DNA from: a virus
Taxonomy: Duplodnaviria > Caudoviricetes
IMG/VR virus record: IMGVR_UViG_3300032295_000198
Coordinates: 1 to 30,676 of that record
DNA: 30,676 nucleotides
Strand: one strand, 5' to 3'
Shown: in pieces, positions 26,599-30,676 of the stretch
Numbering within the stretch: position 1 is the first letter of the stretch
Layout: the number at the start of each line of letters is the position of its first letter
Program-made: the position numbers and the translations under genes
The notes under the pieces: model-generated
The model's input: the letters and a program-made list of their open reading frames with translations, nothing else
What the model was told of the DNA's origin: nothing
Database searches by the model: none

Positions 26599-28476
26599 AT
26601 GGCAACTACACAAAATACATTCACTGGTAATGGGTCCAACTTAGGGCCCTTTTCTTTTACTTTTAAATGGTTGGAACCAACTGATATTAAGGTTACTGTT
26701 GCAGGTGTCCTTAAAACAGTTGGTACTCACTACAACCTACAAAGCCTTAACTATAGCACTAAAACTGGTGGTCAGGTACTGTTCACTGCAGGTAACGCTC
26801 CAGCTAATGGGGCTGCTATTGTTATTTATCGTCAGACTGATGACTCTGATCTAGCAGCTACCTTCTCTTCTGGTTCTGCTATTCGTGCACAAGACCTAAA
26901 TAGTAACTTCACTCAAGGTCTCTATGTTGCACAAGAGGTTAACAATAGTGTTGTTACAGCTAATACAACAGCTAACACTGCACTTACAAACTCTAATACT
27001 GCTATTAGCACCGCTAACACCGCCTCTACTAACGCCTCGGCTGCAGTAGCAACAGCTAACACAGCTAGTGCTAATGCAAGTGCTGCTGTGTCTACAGCTA
27101 ACACTGCCTCTGCTAACGCAACTACAGCTGTTAATACAGCTAACTCAGCAGCGGCTGCAGTGGCTAATGTTGTGACTTATACGATTATTGCTAATGTTGC
27201 AGCAATTCCTGCTACTCCAGCCAATAACACAGCTGTTGAAATCACAAACTCTACTGGTATTCAAAGTTTTACCCCACTTAGTGGTGTACCTGTAGGATTT
27301 GTTGGTAGCGCAGGTCTTTCTGTTCGTATTATCTATTCAACAGTTGGTAGTACTTGGAATTGGGTTCAATACTTCCCTAATGACCCTGAAGCACGTTATT
27401 TAAAACTTGCTGGTGGAAACATTACTGGCAATTTGGGGATTAATAATCCTACGCCTGCCTATGCGCTTGACGTTGCAAGTTCAGTTACTCAAGTTGGTGC
27501 CGCAACAGACGCATTTATTCAATATAAATCAACCGCAGGTAACTGGCATGTAGGGGCTATGAACTCCAATGCTTATGTTTTCTATAGCGGCACATATGGA
27601 AGTGGCACCGAACGCGCCCGCATCGACAGCTCCGGCCGTTTAGGGCTGGGGGGTATTACCCCTGCGGTGACTTTGGATGTTGCAAATATTCACGGAATAA
27701 ATAACTCAATTACGCGTCCTTTTAGAATTCGAAATTATGGACAAGTTTCAGCCACTGGATATGGCGTTGGGATGTCTTTCTTTTACCCCAATGGAACAAC
27801 AAGTGATCTAGGTTTTGAAGCGGCAGCTATTGACTCAAGTTATACAAGTGGCGGCAATTTTGGAAATCTTATTTTCAGCACAAATAACAACACTGGCGTT
27901 GTCGAGCGGATGAGGATTAGCAGTGATGGGGGAACATTGTGGAGAAGCGTAGGAGCAACATCAACGCATGACATAGGCAATAACAACACTTCATTTACGG
28001 GATACGCGACAACAATTAGTACCTATAGAAATACAGTAAACAACTCCTATAGTTTCATTGGTTGTGTCCGACAGGGCTTTGCAGTTGCGTTTGAAGTTAG
28101 GGACAGCGGCAACGTTTACAACACAAATGGAGTCTACGGAGCATTCTCCGACATTAAACTTAAAGAAAACATCGTCGACGCAGCCTCACAGTGGAACGAC
28201 ATCAAGGCCCTGCAAGTCCGCAAATACAATTTTAAAGAGGAAACTGGCCAGCCAACTCACACGCAAATTGGCTTAGTCGCTCAAGAAGCTGAGACAGTCT
28301 CCCCCGGACTCGTCAGCGAATCCCCCGACCGCGACGCCGAGGGCAACGACCTTGGCACCGTCACCAAGAGCGTCAACTACTCGGTGCTCTACATGAAGGC
28401 AGTGAAGGCGCTGCAGGAAGCAATGGAGCGCATTGAAACACTTGAAGTCAAAGTTGCAGCCCTTGAGGCATCGTAG
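26599..28476 (+). CDS. tail fibre (gp17-like) with C-terminal intramolecular chaperone (peptidase S74)
   Basis: T7 fibre N-terminal anchor (FSFTFKWL...IYRQT...IRAQDLN.NF.Q.LY), ANTA heptads, ERARIDSSG repeats, SDIKLKENI...IGLVAQE...VKALQE. Confidence 0.93.
   Translation: MATTQNTFTGNGSNLGPFSFTFKWLEPTDIKVTVAGVLKTVGTHYNLQSLNYSTKTGGQVLFTAGNAPANGAAIVIYRQTDDSDLAATFSSGSAIRAQDLNSNFTQGLYVAQEVNNSVVTANTTANTALTNSNTAISTANTASTNASAAVATANTASANASAAVSTANTASANATTAVNTANSAAAAVANVVTYTIIANVAAIPATPANNTAVEITNSTGIQSFTPLSGVPVGFVGSAGLSVRIIYSTVGSTWNWVQYFPNDPEARYLKLAGGNITGNLGINNPTPAYALDVASSVTQVGAATDAFIQYKSTAGNWHVGAMNSNAYVFYSGTYGSGTERARIDSSGRLGLGGITPAVTLDVANIHGINNSITRPFRIRNYGQVSATGYGVGMSFFYPNGTTSDLGFEAAAIDSSYTSGGNFGNLIFSTNNNTGVVERMRISSDGGTLWRSVGATSTHDIGNNNTSFTGYATTISTYRNTVNNSYSFIGCVRQGFAVAFEVRDSGNVYNTNGVYGAFSDIKLKENIVDAASQWNDIKALQVRKYNFKEETGQPTHTQIGLVAQEAETVSPGLVSESPDRDAEGNDLGTVTKSVNYSVLYMKAVKALQEAMERIETLEVKVAALEAS
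26955..27165 (+). repeat. ANTA heptad (coiled-coil) repeats in the tail fibre
   Basis: Repeated ACAGCTAA(C/T)AC(A/T)GC units. Confidence 0.8.
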
Positions 28477-28501
28477 TCCCCTTCACTAACGGTATAAACA
28501 A

Positions 28502-28708
28502 ATGATTACCATCCTTGGCATCAAAGTGTCCTATGAGACGCTTGCTTTTTTTATTCTTTTTATTGCATCTGAATATCTTGGTGTAACTAAAAAACGTAAG
28601 GCTAATAGTGTTACTCAAGCCATCTCTATGGCTGCTGCATACTTTAGTAAGACACGTACTGAAGATGACACAGTGCGTCGTATTCGTCGTACCTTTCGAG
28701 GTAAGTAG
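28502..28708 (+). CDS. small membrane protein, holin candidate
   Basis: Hydrophobic LAFFILFIA segment, basic C-terminus, directly upstream of the lysin. Confidence 0.55.
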   Translation: MITILGIKVSYETLAFFILFIASEYLGVTKKRKANSVTQAISMAAAYFSKTRTEDDTVRRIRRTFRGK

Positions 28709-28710
28709 TA

Positions 28711-29679
28711 ATGGTATTGCTGCAAGTTAAGCAGTATTACCCACAAACAGATAGTGCAACAGGTCACGGGGATCGGATGTGCTTTAGCTCTACATGTGCT
28801 ATGGCTATCAAGTATCTCCGTCCTGATGCACTTAAGGGTAGTAACGCCGATGATGATTACCTCCGTACAGTCTTAAAGTATGGAGATACAACTGAATATA
28901 CATCACACATCAAGGCTTGTCAGCAGTACGGTATTTTAGCTACCTTCTACCAAAAGGGTACTAAGCAAGCTCTTGTTAACGAACTAAAGGCTGGTTATCC
29001 AGTTGCTACGGGTATCCTACATAAAGGTCCTGCTACTGCTCCTAGGGGTGGTGGTCATTGGATGCTATTGATCGGTGATGATGGGGAACGTGGTGTCTTC
29101 CATGACCCATACGGTGAGATGGATAATGTTAACGGAGGCTATGTCACTATTGGTAGTGGTGGTAGTAGTGTCCGTTATTCTTGGAAGAACTGGCTTAAGC
29201 GTTGGGAAGTAGAGGGTAAAGGCTCTGGATGGTTCATGACCTTCCGCCCAACCAATACTCCGCAACCCATTGCTCCCGTTACTAACACCTGGGAAGGAGT
29301 TATCACTGCTGCTAAGGCAGCTGGTGCTAAGTTCCCACAAGTAGTAGCTGCTCAATGGGCATTAGAAAGTGGTTGGGGTAAACACACCTCTGGTACTCAT
29401 AACTATTTTGGACTTAAGGGATCTGGTACTGACCATGAGACAAAAGAGTTCATTGATGGTAAGTGGATCACGATTACTGCTGGATTCATTAACTTTCCGG
29501 ATCTTCAATCATGTGTCTCCTATTTAGCACAACGTTGGTATAAGGACTACAAGACATATAAAGGCGTAAACAGAGCAACCTCTGTAGAAGAGTGTTGCAA
29601 ACTTTTAGTTAAGGAGGGATACGCCACTGATCCCGCTTATGCGGACAAACTAATACGTATTTTGCGGGAAAATGATTGA
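28711..29679 (+). CDS. two-domain endolysin: C39-like cysteine peptidase plus GH73 glucosaminidase
   Basis: QTDS..RMCFSSTCAMA, GHWMLLIG, HDPYG; then WALESGWG..NYFGLKG..GYATDPAYADKL. Confidence 0.85.
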   Translation: MVLLQVKQYYPQTDSATGHGDRMCFSSTCAMAIKYLRPDALKGSNADDDYLRTVLKYGDTTEYTSHIKACQQYGILATFYQKGTKQALVNELKAGYPVATGILHKGPATAPRGGGHWMLLIGDDGERGVFHDPYGEMDNVNGGYVTIGSGGSSVRYSWKNWLKRWEVEGKGSGWFMTFRPTNTPQPIAPVTNTWEGVITAAKAAGAKFPQVVAAQWALESGWGKHTSGTHNYFGLKGSGTDHETKEFIDGKWITITAGFINFPDLQSCVSYLAQRWYKDYKTYKGVNRATSVEECCKLLVKEGYATDPAYADKLIRILREND

Positions 29680-29917
29680 GGCAATTATCACAGGAGTAGC
29701 ATCTCTTGTTATTGGTGTTGGCGGAGGTGTAGCCTCGCTTACTAGTAGAACTAGCTCACGTATGGATCGTATTGATAAACGTATTGATGAGATTGAGCTG
29801 CGTCTTGCTGAAAAGTATGTACCACGTCAAGAGCTAGCTAATGCACTACAAAAGATGGAGGATCACATGATCCGCATCGAAAATAAACTAGATCAAATTG
29901 TATTGAGAAATGGCTAA
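29672..29917 (+). CDS. N-terminal membrane helix plus coiled-coil protein (lysis-associated candidate)
   Basis: Hydrophobic N-terminus, then RMDRIDKRIDEIELRLAEKYV...RIENKLD. Confidence 0.65.
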   Translation: MIEAIITGVASLVIGVGGGVASLTSRTSSRMDRIDKRIDEIELRLAEKYVPRQELANALQKMEDHMIRIENKLDQIVLRNG

Positions 29918-30161
29918 CAAGAAGGCCACAGAGGATCAGTTCAATGAACTGCATAACCTTGTAACCAAAGAGTTTCTTGCTCGTATTAAATCAGGTGAGG
30001 CTTCTACAGCTGATCTAAAGGCGGCTTGTGATTGGCTATCTAAAAATGATATCAGTGGGGTTGCTTTTGAGGGTAACCCCCTTGATAAACTAGCTACCAT
30101 CATGCCTAAAGTAGACCCTGAACTTATCCAAAAGAGGTTGTATGGCAAGTCGCACATCTAA
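29910..30161 (+). CDS. terminase small subunit (gp18-like)
   Basis: KATEDQFNELHNLVT.EFL.RIKSGEASTADLKAACDWL..NDI pattern and position. Confidence 0.88.
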   Translation: MANKKATEDQFNELHNLVTKEFLARIKSGEASTADLKAACDWLSKNDISGVAFEGNPLDKLATIMPKVDPELIQKRLYGKSHI

Positions 30162-30396
30162 CTACTACAAGTCTAATCCTGAGGCTAAGGCTAAACGTCT
30201 TAAGCAACAGGCTAAATATAATAAGACAAAAGAAGGGCTCAAGATCCGTACTAACGCAAATAAGCTAAACCGTAAGCTTGGTACTTATGGTAATGGTGAT
30301 AGTATGGATGCTTCCCATACTGGTCCTAATAAAGGTAAGTTAGAGTCTCCTAAGGCTAACCGTACGCGCCCACGTAAGGGTAAGAAGTATGGCTGA
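30142..30396 (+). CDS. basic protein with degenerate HNH-like DASH...NR motif
   Basis: YYKSNPEA...GNGDSMDASH...ESPKANR. Confidence 0.65.
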   Translation: MASRTSNYYKSNPEAKAKRLKQQAKYNKTKEGLKIRTNANKLNRKLGTYGNGDSMDASHTGPNKGKLESPKANRTRPRKGKKYG

Positions 30397-30413
30397 TCCA
30401 TTGATCCGGTAAT

Positions 30414-30676
30414 ATGACTCCACTACTGCCTAGTCCTGATCACTACCTCCATAACCTAATAACGATGACAAGCTCTGAAGCTAAGAGGCTACACCGTCGT
30501 GCAATTAAAGAATACTTCAATTGTCAATGTGTTTATTGCGGAGAAACTTATGAATTACATGAACTTACACTTGATCACGTTCGCCCTAAGTGTCTTGGTG
30601 GCGAAGACCTTACATCAAATCTGGTACCCAGTTGTAGGAAATGTAATCAGGCTAAAGGAAGTAGAAATTGGTTACA
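30414..30676 (+). CDS. HNH endonuclease (truncated by window end)
   Basis: Manual translation MTPLLPSPDHY...CVYCG...LTLDHVRPKCLGG....NLVPSCRKCNQAKG; two CxxC plus HNH motif. Confidence 0.9.
   Translation, partial: MTPLLPSPDHYLHNLITMTSSEAKRLHRRAIKEYFNCQCVYCGETYELHELTLDHVRPKCLGGEDLTSNLVPSCRKCNQAKGSRNWL

Noticed and set aside
30389-30412. Tiny ORF MADPLIR with a TGATCC direct repeat
   Set aside because: Too short to support; could be chance or a remnant.

Overview
The window is the central-to-late part of a T7-like cyanobacterial podovirus genome (Autographiviridae-type cyanophage); all credible genes are on the + strand. It starts with the DNA polymerase C-terminus, exonuclease, an overprinted nblA-like gene, a DUF3310-like gene, a MazG-like NTP pyrophosphatase and a compact class I ribonucleotide reductase (alpha + beta). 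Next come a 582-aa repeat protein, portal and scaffold. An accessory island follows: hli, five Lys-rich microproteins, an RlpA-like gene, psbA and a three-gene putative head-fibre module. Then major capsid with three small followers and a terminator, tail tube A/B, three internal virion proteins, tail fibre, lysis genes, small terminase and a partial HNH gene. Best leads: the putative capsid-displayed glycan-binding fibre module with GC-rich junctions, the repeat protein before the portal, the basic microprotein array, the GH73 plus apparently circularly permuted M23 module in the gp15-like protein, and structured RNA elements around the island and capsid operon. All family assignments come from motif recognition and synteny, not database searches.
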